A stretch of DNA of 64,000 bases from a virus (Duplodnaviria; Caudoviricetes), in the IMG/VR virus record IMGVR_UViG_3300008107_000089, positions 868 through 64,867 of that record; one strand, 5' to 3'. Position numbers and translations under genes: made by a program. Positions 44,079 to 53,531 of the stretch are shown here, one piece after another (position 1 is the stretch's first letter; every line of letters begins with the position of its first letter). The notes beneath the pieces were generated by a model. That model saw nothing but the letters and a program-made list of their open reading frames with translations. It did not search any database and had not been told where the DNA came from.

Positions 44079-46372
44079 TGAAGAAATTATTAGTTATATT
44101 ATTTACCTTAATAACAAGCTTTGGGTTTGGACAGTCAGTGACTGCTCCCGAACCCAAATCTTTTATTATTAATACAGCAGCTCAAGATGCTAGTGGATTT
44201 TCTTTAAGTGGATTTAATTCAACCGCAACTTTACTTTGTGCTATTGGTTTACCACAAGCACCAGCCGGAACAACATTTAATATAAGTACAACAACGGGTC
44301 TTACACCAGCATCTGGATTTAACTTTACGGGTAACAAAACTCGTTTGGCGTTTACAGGCACAATGGCTAATATAAACAATGCATTAGCAACGTTAAAAGT
44401 AAACACAAATGCTACCGCAGGTAACATACAAATATCAGTATCGGCAACTGTTAATCCAACTGGGTATTTCTATAATCCATCAAACGGACACTTTTATAGA
44501 CCAATATCAACCGGTGCAACATATTCAAATGCTAAACTACTTTCATCGCAACAAACTTTCAAAGGACAGCAAGGATACTTGGTAACAATTACTTCATCCG
44601 ATGAAGATGCTTTTATATTTGCTAATGTTCCACAATCTAGTATTTGGTTTGCACTAACCGATGAAATAGTTGAGGCACAATGGAGAATTGATGCTGGACC
44701 TGAAGCGGGAACACTTATTAAAACATCAAACGGACAAACCGCCGGAAACATAGTTGGTCAGTACAACAATTGGGCACCCGGTGAACCAAACAATAGTGGC
44801 AATGAAGATTACGCAGTGACTAAATGGGGTGGTGGTTCTCAATGGAACGATTTACCTAATCATTTTAGTTGTGCTTATGTAGTTGAATTTGGAACTTGGA
44901 CTAACCCCGATGATGCAACATTTACTGAATTTTATTCTAATAGCGTAAACCATTCAAATGGTAATATACTACGAGCTGAATTTAATTTTAATTTTGGAAA
45001 TAATGTTGATGAAACAATGTTTAAAACTAGAATACTAACATCAAATGATAATACTACATTTTCATCAAATAATCCTTATGTGAATTTGAATGGTATTGGT
45101 AGAGTGAACATGACATCACAAATGGATACTACACAGATTAATGGAACCGGATTTAAAGCAAATACAATAGGTGGACAAGTTGAATGGTGCGTAGTATATG
45201 ATTATGAACCACAAAACCAACGATACCAGATCTTAATTGATAAAAGAGAATTTACAGGTACAGGCGTTTCAGCAAATAGTATTACAAGTTTGAAATTATT
45301 TGATTTATGGGATGGACCAGTAACATATCAATGGGATGATGGAACTTGGGCAGCATATTGGATTTATACACCAACTCAATTTAATTTTGCAGGTTCATCG
45401 TTTTCATCTAATATAAGACGAGCCAGTTTCTTCTGGGGATTAAGTGCGGAATTTACATTTGTGCAGAATAGAATGAATAAATTTCATAAATTGGAATTTG
45501 GAAGTTTGACAGCAACACAAAATACAAATTTATTATCAAGTATTGTTACTGTATCTGATGTGTATTTGGCATTTAGAGAATTTGCAGATAGAGGAATAAT
45601 GGGAGATGAGAGTAAATATTTTACATCTGGTATTCAATTTGATAATGCCGATATAAATGGTGATAATTTATTTGATGAAAGAGATTGTTATTTGTTATTA
45701 ACACACTTACAAGGAACAACATCATTGTGGTCAACAACTCCTAGTATAGCAGATGCTATAAAAATTATACCATCCACGAATTTTGATAATATTACAAAAC
45801 AAAATTGGAATACATTCACATTACCTATTGGAATTGATTATCCATTTACATTTACAAATGGAATATTGAATGCTTATAATTTAGATATAACTTGGAAAGG
45901 AGATGTTAATTTATCACATTCATCCCAACCAACAAGTTTTATACCTAATGCAGCAAATATGTCTACATCAGATATAAAATCTATGTCCGCGTTTTCTACA
46001 AATTCAGCTGGCACTACTGAAGCTGATATTATGATGGAAAAAGTAGGTGATAGTATTATAGCAACTATAAAATTAATTCCAAATGGCAATGAAATAGGAG
46101 CCACTCAATTTATAGTACACTATGACAACTCAGTATTAGATTATTCGAAGGTTGAATTTAGTAATAATCAATCTACTAACTTTGGTAGAAATAACGGTTC
46201 ATCAGTAGGCGTAGGATCATTAAATACATCTGGTGGTTCAATATCTAATATTGGGTATAAAATAGTATTTAAACCTAAAACAACTATAAATAACGTGTTA
46301 GGATTAATATCAATACAGAATGTAGAAACATTAGGAATTAATTTAAATAAACTTAATGTAAAGATTAAATGA
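44078..46372 (+). CDS. Secreted protein with C-type lectin, dockerin-like and cohesin-like domains
   Basis: Signal peptide GFG|Q; GYLVTITS..E..F, WAPGEPNN, WNDL (CTL); DINGDNLFDERD EF-hand; IGATQFIVHYDNSVL. Confidence 0.7.
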   Translation: MKKLLVILFTLITSFGFGQSVTAPEPKSFIINTAAQDASGFSLSGFNSTATLLCAIGLPQAPAGTTFNISTTTGLTPASGFNFTGNKTRLAFTGTMANINNALATLKVNTNATAGNIQISVSATVNPTGYFYNPSNGHFYRPISTGATYSNAKLLSSQQTFKGQQGYLVTITSSDEDAFIFANVPQSSIWFALTDEIVEAQWRIDAGPEAGTLIKTSNGQTAGNIVGQYNNWAPGEPNNSGNEDYAVTKWGGGSQWNDLPNHFSCAYVVEFGTWTNPDDATFTEFYSNSVNHSNGNILRAEFNFNFGNNVDETMFKTRILTSNDNTTFSSNNPYVNLNGIGRVNMTSQMDTTQINGTGFKANTIGGQVEWCVVYDYEPQNQRYQILIDKREFTGTGVSANSITSLKLFDLWDGPVTYQWDDGTWAAYWIYTPTQFNFAGSSFSSNIRRASFFWGLSAEFTFVQNRMNKFHKLEFGSLTATQNTNLLSSIVTVSDVYLAFREFADRGIMGDESKYFTSGIQFDNADINGDNLFDERDCYLLLTHLQGTTSLWSTTPSIADAIKIIPSTNFDNITKQNWNTFTLPIGIDYPFTFTNGILNAYNLDITWKGDVNLSHSSQPTSFIPNAANMSTSDIKSMSAFSTNSAGTTEADIMMEKVGDSIIATIKLIPNGNEIGATQFIVHYDNSVLDYSKVEFSNNQSTNFGRNNGSSVGVGSLNTSGGSISNIGYKIVFKPKTTINNVLGLISIQNVETLGINLNKLNVKIK

Positions 46373-46707
46373 TGAAAAAGTTATTATTAATATCATTATT
46401 GTTAATTGGATGTAGAAAATTAGACGTCCCTGCACCACCCCAGATAGTAGATGTATTTAGTTCTACTCAATCCACTGTAGTTAACAACAGTGATATATCA
46501 TTTAAACTAGATAAGGCGGGAGTATACATAATTAAATTAGTAGATAAAGATACGGAACAGGTCATAACTAAGGAACGAATTAATGGTAAAGTAGGTACAA
46601 ACACTATTAAAATCTACACTAGGACGCTACCTGTTAAATATTTATATCTGATTTTAGATGATGAAGGTGGAAACCAAGTCAATAAAACAACCATTATAAT
46701 AAATTAA
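46369..46707 (+). CDS. Lipoprotein with an Ig/T9SS-CTD-like domain
   Basis: Lipobox LIGC; paralogous to the next gene. Confidence 0.6.
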   Translation: MMKKLLLISLLLIGCRKLDVPAPPQIVDVFSSTQSTVVNNSDISFKLDKAGVYIIKLVDKDTEQVITKERINGKVGTNTIKIYTRTLPVKYLYLILDDEGGNQVNKTTIIIN

Positions 46708-46710
46708 AAG

Positions 46711-47082
46711 ATGAAGAAACTATTATTGGTACTGATATGCTCAATAGCATTATCAGCTTGCCGCAAATTAGACATCCCGACTCCTCAACCACCAGTAATG
46801 GCTGAGAGTTTAAAGATAGCAAATTCAGTAGGGATTAAATTACAAAGCCCATTTGTAACTACTGAAGTACTAATGAATGTGAAGCTGGAAACAGCAGGCA
46901 CAGTTACGATTAAAATATTTGATATCTCGAATAGAGTAGTATCTAAAGAAACTGTAAGTGTAGTTGCAGGTGACAATATACTAAAAGTATACACTAATGC
47001 TCTACCAACATCAGCTTATAGAATTGCTTTATACGATGTAAATAATAACCAATTAGGAATAACAGATTTTAATAAACTATAA
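46711..47082 (+). CDS. Lipoprotein with a T9SS C-terminal-domain-like fold
   Basis: Lipobox LSAC; SPF...TIKIFDISNRVV...LPTSAY...FNKL resembles the PorSS tail. Confidence 0.62.
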   Translation: MKKLLLVLICSIALSACRKLDIPTPQPPVMAESLKIANSVGIKLQSPFVTTEVLMNVKLETAGTVTIKIFDISNRVVSKETVSVVAGDNILKVYTNALPTSAYRIALYDVNNNQLGITDFNKL

Positions 47083-47094
47083 AAATAAAAGTAT

Positions 47095-47400
47095 ATGTCA
47101 GAAGAAAAACAAGAAAGCACAGGTACATCCCTTAAAAATATTTTTATCGGATTGGCCTCAACTATCACCTTAGGTGTAGGTGGATGGGTAACTACTAAAT
47201 TAACTGGTGGTGAAGAAGAAAAAGCAGCTCCAGTACAACAAGCAGCTCCAGTAATCAATATTACTAACTCAAACCAACAACAACAAGCAGCAGGTGGTAA
47301 GACTGTAGTTGTTAAAGAAAAAGTAGTTGAAAAACCAGCAGCAGCTCCAGTTAAGAAGAAAGAAGGTGACGAATTCAAAGAGAAACCAGCTCAATGGTAA
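47095..47400 (+). CDS. Membrane-anchored low-complexity protein
   Basis: One TM helix, then Q/A/P/K-rich sequence. Confidence 0.55.
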   Translation: MSEEKQESTGTSLKNIFIGLASTITLGVGGWVTTKLTGGEEEKAAPVQQAAPVINITNSNQQQQAAGGKTVVVKEKVVEKPAAAPVKKKEGDEFKEKPAQW

Positions 47401-47403
47401 TCT

Positions 47404-47511
47404 ATGGCAAACGCACAACCTAAACCTAAACCAAGACGTAGTAAACGTTCTGGAATGAAAAAAGCAAAGCAAATAAAACAAAATAACGAAGTTTTAAAAA
47501 AGTATAAGTAA
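47404..47511 (+). CDS. Small basic peptide (35 aa)
   Basis: MANAQPKPKPRRSKRSGMKKAKQIKQNNEVLKKYK; fills the gap, stop overlaps the next ATG. Confidence 0.45.
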   Translation: MANAQPKPKPRRSKRSGMKKAKQIKQNNEVLKKYK

Positions 47512-48125
47512 TGAGTCAACAACCAAATACAGGATTTAGAGAACTACTAAATAAAATGATGTCCCGCAGATGGTACATCACAGCAATGGTATTGGGTGGT
47601 TTTATAGTAATCATAGCTGGTATATTTGCCGCTATTAGTTTACAAACACCAATGGCAGCAGCATGGAAAGAATTATTAATGTTATTATTAGGTGCCTTCA
47701 TTGGTTCATATGGTAAGATTATTGATTACTGGTTCAGTGATACAGACAAAGATAAAATGTTAGTTCAGAAAATGGATGAGGAAGACGGTGTAGCATTAGG
47801 TAGTGTTAATGACATTAAAGAAAGCAACAAACCAGTAACTCCATTAATTCCAGATGCATTCGTAGCAGGTGCAGCAGCAGCTAGAGATTTAGCTGTAGTT
47901 GAAAACAAACAAAACTACGAGTTAGCAGCTGACCAACAAGAACATGACCAAAAATTAGAAGCCGATCAACAAGAACATGAACAAGAAATGGCTAAATTAA
48001 AATTAGAACATGAAATAAAAGCACATAGATACTGCCAACATGAATGGGGTGACTCAGACAATGATGGTGAATTAGAGTGTCAAAAGTGTGGGTTGTTGAA
48101 AGACGCTTGGGACGAATCCCACTAA
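47511..48125 (+). CDS. Two-TM membrane protein with a QQEH repeat and C-terminal Cys/His knuckle
   Basis: Two TM helices, DYWFS, ADQQEH x2, CQH...CQKC. Confidence 0.55.
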   Translation: MSQQPNTGFRELLNKMMSRRWYITAMVLGGFIVIIAGIFAAISLQTPMAAAWKELLMLLLGAFIGSYGKIIDYWFSDTDKDKMLVQKMDEEDGVALGSVNDIKESNKPVTPLIPDAFVAGAAAARDLAVVENKQNYELAADQQEHDQKLEADQQEHEQEMAKLKLEHEIKAHRYCQHEWGDSDNDGELECQKCGLLKDAWDESH

Positions 48126-48143
48126 CCAATAAAAATTAAAAGT

Positions 48144-48389
48144 ATGAAACAATTTTTGAAAAATCTATTTGATGATTCAAACACAATCAATGAAAAATCA
48201 GTAGTTGGCTTTACAGCATTCGTGATGATGGTAATCACCTTGATTGCTGATATTGCAACTGGTTTAGTAGGTAAAGAAATGCCTATTCACGAGTTTGTAT
48301 TTGACGGATTCATGGTTATCGTATTAGGTGCATTTGGTATTGCATCAGTTGATAAATTTATCAACAAAAGAAAAGGAGATAAAGAATAA
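48144..48389 (+). CDS. Small two-TM protein (holin-like topology)
   Basis: Two TM helices, charged C-terminus. Confidence 0.5.
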   Translation: MKQFLKNLFDDSNTINEKSVVGFTAFVMMVITLIADIATGLVGKEMPIHEFVFDGFMVIVLGAFGIASVDKFINKRKGDKE

Positions 48390-48394
48390 TAACC

Positions 48395-48421
48395 AAAGGG
48401 AACTTCGGTTCCCTTTTTTTT
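48395..48421 (+). terminator. Rho-independent terminator
   Basis: AAAGGGAAC-TTCG-GTTCCCTTT followed by a T run. Confidence 0.85.
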
Positions 48422-48434
48422 AATTTATTATATA

Positions 48435-48761
48435 ATGAAAAAACTATTAACAATATTACTAGGGGTATTATTAACAGGGTGTACTACTACAAAATATGTT
48501 TTCATTGATCCTAAAGACAGTACTAAATTAGTTGAAGTTAGAAAACGAGTTATTTATGATGACGTATACTATAGTGCTCCTATAATGTCAACTCCATTGT
48601 GGTGGGATTGGAATTATAGATTTAGACAACCTATTATAGTTAATCCTAGACCTATAATTGTAAATCCAAGACCTAGAGTTCAACCACAACCAAGATGGAC
48701 TCCATTACCACCACCAAGAAATGATAATAGAGCTCCAATTAGAAAATTTAATAACAAATAA
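48435..48761 (+). CDS. Proline-rich lipoprotein
   Basis: Lipobox LTGC; PIIVNPR repeated. Confidence 0.6.
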   Translation: MKKLLTILLGVLLTGCTTTKYVFIDPKDSTKLVEVRKRVIYDDVYYSAPIMSTPLWWDWNYRFRQPIIVNPRPIIVNPRPRVQPQPRWTPLPPPRNDNRAPIRKFNNK

Positions 48762-48764
48762 TGT

Positions 48765-49481
48765 ATGAAAAATTTATTAATATTATTAGGTCTATTATTG
48801 ACCATAAGTGCGGGTGCCCAAACTGTGGGAAGCACAAAAACAGAACAGTATAAAGCATCATTCGAAACATCGATTGACATATCTCAGTTTCTAGATTATG
48901 ATGGTAAGCAAATACCAATTCAGATATTAAAGTGTGGTATTAGTGATGAAATGTATGAAATGTATCCTGAATTAAAGGAAAAACGTGTTGGTTTAGGTGT
49001 GGCTAATATTACAATGGAGTATTTAGAAAATCTAAATCGCTTCAAATTCACTGAAGACAAAACTGAGATCAAGAACAGAATGGTAAAACAATTCCAAGCA
49101 TCACAAGCGGGAATTAGTGAAAATAAATTAGATGGTAGAGGTAAAATTAATCTAGCGGAATACTTCGTTACTATTGAAGTATACGACTACTCTATCTCAG
49201 AAGATGAAACAGTAAATTTAAAAGACGGTGTTAAAAACTTATTAGTAACACGTTTGGGTTTACAAGTTCGTTTTACAAATGCAGAAACTGGAGTAATATT
49301 CGGAGCATCAGGTTTAGGTGAAGCTAAAACAACACGTGAATTAACTTTACTATCAGATGCTACAGTTGATCCAGTTAAATTTAACCAATCAACTATTTCA
49401 ATAGCAACCAAAAAAGCATTAGATATAGCTTGTGCTCGTATCTTAAAGCGTATGGTTGATAAGGGAATATTTAGCAAATAA
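48765..49481 (+). CDS. CsgG-like outer-membrane assembly/transport protein
   Basis: Signal peptide AGA|Q; LENLNRFKFTE, AEYFVTIEVYDY, LQVRFTNAETGVI pattern of the CsgG/HfaB family. Confidence 0.6.
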   Translation: MKNLLILLGLLLTISAGAQTVGSTKTEQYKASFETSIDISQFLDYDGKQIPIQILKCGISDEMYEMYPELKEKRVGLGVANITMEYLENLNRFKFTEDKTEIKNRMVKQFQASQAGISENKLDGRGKINLAEYFVTIEVYDYSISEDETVNLKDGVKNLLVTRLGLQVRFTNAETGVIFGASGLGEAKTTRELTLLSDATVDPVKFNQSTISIATKKALDIACARILKRMVDKGIFSK

Positions 49482-50842
49482 TGAAAAAATGGGTTGTAAG
49501 TGTAATTATATTATTGTTCGTTTGCCTTAAAACGAATGGCCAAACCTTCACTCAGACGTTTGTAGATAAATGTACTGGTGAAACTAAGATTGCAACTACA
49601 ACCTATATTAATGGCAACGCTGTAGTATCGTTTTACAACCAAGTAAAAACATTTACCCCAGCAGAAGTTCAAAGTGGGGCCTTACAAGCATGGTTGCAAG
49701 CAACATACGCAGCGTATAATTCAGCAGCATGTCCAGTATCTCAAACAGTAACTCAAACCGTTCAAAATACAGTAACGCAAGCAGCAAGTCAAGCAGCATC
49801 AGCAGCCTCATCAGCGGCTTCATCAGCCGCTTCAAGCGCAGCGAGTTCATCAGCAAGTTCAGCAGCAAGCTCAAGCGCTTCCTCAGCTGCATCAAGCTCA
49901 GCTTCGAGCTCATCAGCCTCTTCAGCGTCTTCCTCTTCAGCATCTTCGTCATCCTCATCCCAATCATCCTCATCATCTGGGTCTTCGTCGTCATCAGGCT
50001 CAAGCTCAGAGAGCAAATCAGAAAGTACAAGTTCAAGCGAAAGCAAGAGCGAAAGCAAATCTGAATCTAAATCAGAAAGCAAAGAAGAAAGCAAATCTGA
50101 ATCTAAGGAAGAAAAAAAGGAAGAAAAGAAGGAGGAGAAAAAAGAGGAAAAGAAGGAAGAAAAAAAAGATGAGAAGAAACAACTACGAATGAATCCTATA
50201 TTGATGAATTCGGATTTAACTACTGCTCAAAACCCAACAGGTGGCTTTACACCTATACTATCATTAGGTATGTCTCAATCATCAGCAACTGGTGAATCTA
50301 GTTGGGGTGTTAGTTCAATGATATGGATGGATTTTAAATCGTTTGCCTTATCAATTAACAAAAGCGATTTAGTATTTAAAGATGGTCAGTTAAAAGCAAT
50401 TAAAGCATATTCATACACAGTAGCTAGGGTTAAAGGTACCAACATGACATTTGGTGGTTATACCTGGATTAAACCACATCCTAAATTAGGAACGTATGGT
50501 TATAACTTAGCTTATATTAATATTAAATTAAAAGACGGAATAACAGGTAAATATTCATACTCAATGGTGTCATCAATAACATCATTCTGGACTAAACCGT
50601 ATCAGGTAAATCTAAAAACAACATTATCTCCAGGAGTATTTGTTATGGCATCACCTTATTCGTATAATACAGCTACAGGTTCAACTTGGAATTATAATAT
50701 TAATTCGTTAATTGGATGTGGATACTCATATAAGATAAGTAAACGCTTTGGAGTAAACATGGACTATAAATTGATGGTATCAACAGTGCCAGGTTCACCT
50801 ATGCTTAGTTTCTTTATGATTGGTTCTAAATTACAATTCTAA
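49481..50842 (+). CDS. Secreted protein with Ser/Ala and EEKK repeats and a C-terminal outer-membrane beta-barrel
   Basis: Signal peptide TNG|Q; amphipathic beta strands ending in terminal Phe (GSKLQF). Confidence 0.62.
   Translation: MKKWVVSVIILLFVCLKTNGQTFTQTFVDKCTGETKIATTTYINGNAVVSFYNQVKTFTPAEVQSGALQAWLQATYAAYNSAACPVSQTVTQTVQNTVTQAASQAASAASSAASSAASSAASSSASSAASSSASSAASSSASSSSASSASSSSASSSSSSQSSSSSGSSSSSGSSSESKSESTSSSESKSESKSESKSESKEESKSESKEEKKEEKKEEKKEEKKEEKKDEKKQLRMNPILMNSDLTTAQNPTGGFTPILSLGMSQSSATGESSWGVSSMIWMDFKSFALSINKSDLVFKDGQLKAIKAYSYTVARVKGTNMTFGGYTWIKPHPKLGTYGYNLAYINIKLKDGITGKYSYSMVSSITSFWTKPYQVNLKTTLSPGVFVMASPYSYNTATGSTWNYNINSLIGCGYSYKISKRFGVNMDYKLMVSTVPGSPMLSFFMIGSKLQF
49780..50178 (+). 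repeat. Coding low-complexity repeats (SAAS, SESK, EEKK)
   Basis: Tandem degenerate 12-nt units inside ORF 49481-50842. Confidence 0.85.
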
Positions 50843-50894
50843 TTTGGTTCGGTCAAAATGTTGTCGTATATTTAATTCAAATAAATAATTTATT

Positions 50895-51065
50895 ATGAAA
50901 AAAGTAATGTTCGTATTCGCAGTTGCAACTATGCTAGTTGCTTGTGGAGGAAATGCATCAGTTGAAACTACAAACACTGACAGTACAGCCGTAGCTGATT
51001 CTTCAGTAGTAGCAACAGATTCAACTGTAGCTGCAATTCCAGCTGATTCAGTTTCAGCTAAGTAA
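50895..51065 (+). CDS. Small lipoprotein with DS-x repeats
   Basis: MKKVMFVFAVATMLVAC-GGN...DSTAVADSSVVATDSTV..ADSV; has its own promoter (50865) and terminator. Confidence 0.7.
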   Translation: MKKVMFVFAVATMLVACGGNASVETTNTDSTAVADSSVVATDSTVAAIPADSVSAK

Positions 51066-51071
51066 TTAAGA

Positions 51072-51098
51072 GGGGGCGATGAGCCCCCACTTTAATTT
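51072..51098 (+). terminator. Rho-independent terminator
   Basis: GGGGGC-GATGA-GCCCCC followed by a T-rich run. Confidence 0.7.
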
Positions 51099-51100
51099 TA

Positions 51101-51601
51101 ATGGTTATGTATAAGGTAAAGCAATTCTTTAAACGTATTTATAATCTCTATCGTTGGTTACCCATTATATGGAAAGATCAGGATTGGGATGATTTCTATA
51201 TTTTCGAAATACTTAAGTTTAAACTTAAGAACCAAGCTGAATATATTGGTTATCACGATAGGCATATGTCTGCTAAACGTGATGCTGAAATAATGATGTT
51301 ATGTGTTCGATTAATTGATAAGGTACAAGATGAATGGTATGGAAGAGAATACTTTGATTACCATAAATCAAAACTTAAATTTATAGATAGTATAAGCCAT
51401 CCAGGTAGCTATGAAATGGAAGAGGAATATATATCTGAAAACTTTGATGAATATTTTAAAAAATATCCTCGTATTTATAAGCAGGTTAAGTGTGATGATA
51501 AGCATAGAACAGCATTTAATATAGCTAAAACAAATGAAGAACGTGCTCATAAATTATTATTCAAAATATTAGAAAATAACATCAGAAGATGGTGGGATTA
51601 A
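51101..51601 (+). CDS. Hypothetical phage protein
   Basis: 166-aa ORF ending RRWWD. Confidence 0.55.
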   Translation: MVMYKVKQFFKRIYNLYRWLPIIWKDQDWDDFYIFEILKFKLKNQAEYIGYHDRHMSAKRDAEIMMLCVRLIDKVQDEWYGREYFDYHKSKLKFIDSISHPGSYEMEEEYISENFDEYFKKYPRIYKQVKCDDKHRTAFNIAKTNEERAHKLLFKILENNIRRWWD

Positions 51602-51760
51602 AATAAAACATATGTGGAAAGTATTCTTATTAATGTTCATTATAGTTGCAATTATCTCTTGGAGATGGGTTGCTGCTATTGATTATATGAAAGAAAATCA
51701 CCCCGACTATAAAGGTGATGATTTTTTAAATTGGGATGAAAACGATAAAAACGAAATATC

Positions 51761-52003
51761 ATGAAATATATCCTTACACTTTTAACCTTAGTGTTATTTG
51801 TATCTTGTAGTAATAACAAGACTGAAATTGATTGTCAATCTGAAGTAGATATTTTACAAGCTAAAGTAGATAGCATGCATGACGAACTATTTATCAAACA
51901 CGTTGAGTTAGGTAGATATGAGTTATCATTAGAGCATTTGAAGGAAGTAAATCTAAATGCTGGTCTTGAATTTGAAAACTTTATGTACCACGAAACTGAA
52001 TAA
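51761..52003 (+). CDS. Small lipoprotein
   Basis: Lipobox FVSC. Confidence 0.55.
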   Translation: MKYILTLLTLVLFVSCSNNKTEIDCQSEVDILQAKVDSMHDELFIKHVELGRYELSLEHLKEVNLNAGLEFENFMYHETE

Positions 52004-52004
52004 T

Positions 52005-52343
52005 ATGAGAAAGAATATTAACAGCGGAGAAGATTACGCTAAAATACTAACTAGCACTATCAGAGAGGCAGATGGCCCACTACCAGAACAATTAGTAGAA
52101 TATTGGTGTGAGGAAATTTGGGAATTAGCTATTAACAGCTATAACGACTATATTATAGGTAAAAAGAATGATTATTTACTTTCAGATGAGGATATGAATG
52201 AAGCATATGATCGTGCTGGATTAAAATATACTCAAGAAATGGTTAACGGCTTAGTAGACAAAGGAATGTTACAAGCAGGTGTAGGTGAGGAAGGAGAAAT
52301 ACTATATTCACTAACTGAAAAAGGCAAAAAACATACTCTATGA
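52005..52343 (+). CDS. Hypothetical protein with a winged-helix-like C-terminus
   Basis: LVDKGML...YSLTEKG. Confidence 0.5.
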   Translation: MRKNINSGEDYAKILTSTIREADGPLPEQLVEYWCEEIWELAINSYNDYIIGKKNDYLLSDEDMNEAYDRAGLKYTQEMVNGLVDKGMLQAGVGEEGEILYSLTEKGKKHTL

Positions 52344-52990
52344 ACAAAGTAGAATTGTTAGGTTATTATGGAAGCGATCTAGTTCATGCTCAATCAGCTT
52401 GGACATCAACATCAAGAGATTTAACTGAAGATAAAATAGCAAGAGTAGGTAAACTACTTAAAATGCTAGCAAGTGAGGGTCATCATACTCCATTTGAAAA
52501 ATCATCATTACATTTCCTAGTAACAGTAGATCAAGCAACACACATCCATTTAATTAAGCATCGTATTGGTGTTTCAGTTAATGGTGAATCAGCTCGTTAC
52601 AAGGAATTGAAGGAAGATAAATACTACATTCCAAATGATTGGCCTGATATTCCTTGCAGTATGGAACATCTACAGAGAAAGAATTGGGCTGATATATTAG
52701 ATGAATATACTAGGTATGGTAATCAACTATATCATCAATGTTTAGAAGACCTAACACCAATACTAGGCCGTAAACGTGCTAAAGAATCAGCTCGTTTCTT
52801 TAAAACATTCAATAGCCAAATTACAATGGATGTAATGTTTAACTGGCGTTCATTCTATCACTTCCAGCAATTACGTAATAGTGAACATGCTCAGGTTGAG
52901 GTAAGACAATTAGCTCAAGATATGCTTGATCTAGTTAAGCAAATTGAAGGTAACCCATTTAAAGAAACTATAGAGGCATTTGAACTGTGA
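52340..52990 (+). CDS. thyX: Flavin-dependent thymidylate synthase
   Basis: HHTPFE, KHRIGVSVNGESARY, NWRS, LRNSEHAQVEVR. Confidence 0.9.
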   Translation: MNKVELLGYYGSDLVHAQSAWTSTSRDLTEDKIARVGKLLKMLASEGHHTPFEKSSLHFLVTVDQATHIHLIKHRIGVSVNGESARYKELKEDKYYIPNDWPDIPCSMEHLQRKNWADILDEYTRYGNQLYHQCLEDLTPILGRKRAKESARFFKTFNSQITMDVMFNWRSFYHFQQLRNSEHAQVEVRQLAQDMLDLVKQIEGNPFKETIEAFEL

Positions 52991-53297
52991 GTAAATTAAA
53001 AGACAAACTTAACTCAGGCCACTACCATGAAATGATGGATCGTTTACACGTGCTAATGAGTACACTAGATGATCATATATTACAACACCCAGTAGCTAAA
53101 GTTGATAAAGAGTTCTGTGCAAATTCATGTTAGTTTATCTCATTTAAAAGAAGTAGATAAAATTAAGGTTCAAAAACATTCAAATTACTTCTTCAATCGC
53201 GTTTTCAAGTCTATTTCAAAACCAAAACAACCACTTAAGATAGAAAAACCGTGGTATAAATTTTGGTGAGGACAAAATAAGTTATTACATTTACGTA

Positions 53298-53528
53298 ATG
53301 ACAGTTAAACAACTAATAGAGCAACTACAACAATTAGACCCAGATCTACACGTATTCGTAGCAGGATATGAAGGTGGTTATGACGATGTGGGACCAGTTA
53401 GTAATGTTATGAATATAGCATTAGACGTACATGAAGAATGGTACTATGGTAAGCATGAAGATGCTGATACTGCCTATTATGTACCAGATAAAGACAAATA
53501 CACAATAGTAAAAGGTATAATATTATAA
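53298..53528 (+). CDS. Small hypothetical protein
   Basis: MTVKQLIEQLQQLDPDL start typical of small phage proteins. Confidence 0.55.
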   Translation: MTVKQLIEQLQQLDPDLHVFVAGYEGGYDDVGPVSNVMNIALDVHEEWYYGKHEDADTAYYVPDKDKYTIVKGIIL

Positions 53529-53531
53529 GTT

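Noticed and set aside
47511-48761. Lysis cassette (holin/spanin)
   Set aside because: Topologies are compatible, but no endolysin is recognisable in the window, so the call is unsupported.
49653-50094. Alternative-frame ORFs over the Ser-rich repeat
   Set aside because: Low-complexity repeats lack stop codons in several frames; only 49481-50842 has a signal peptide and a barrel domain.
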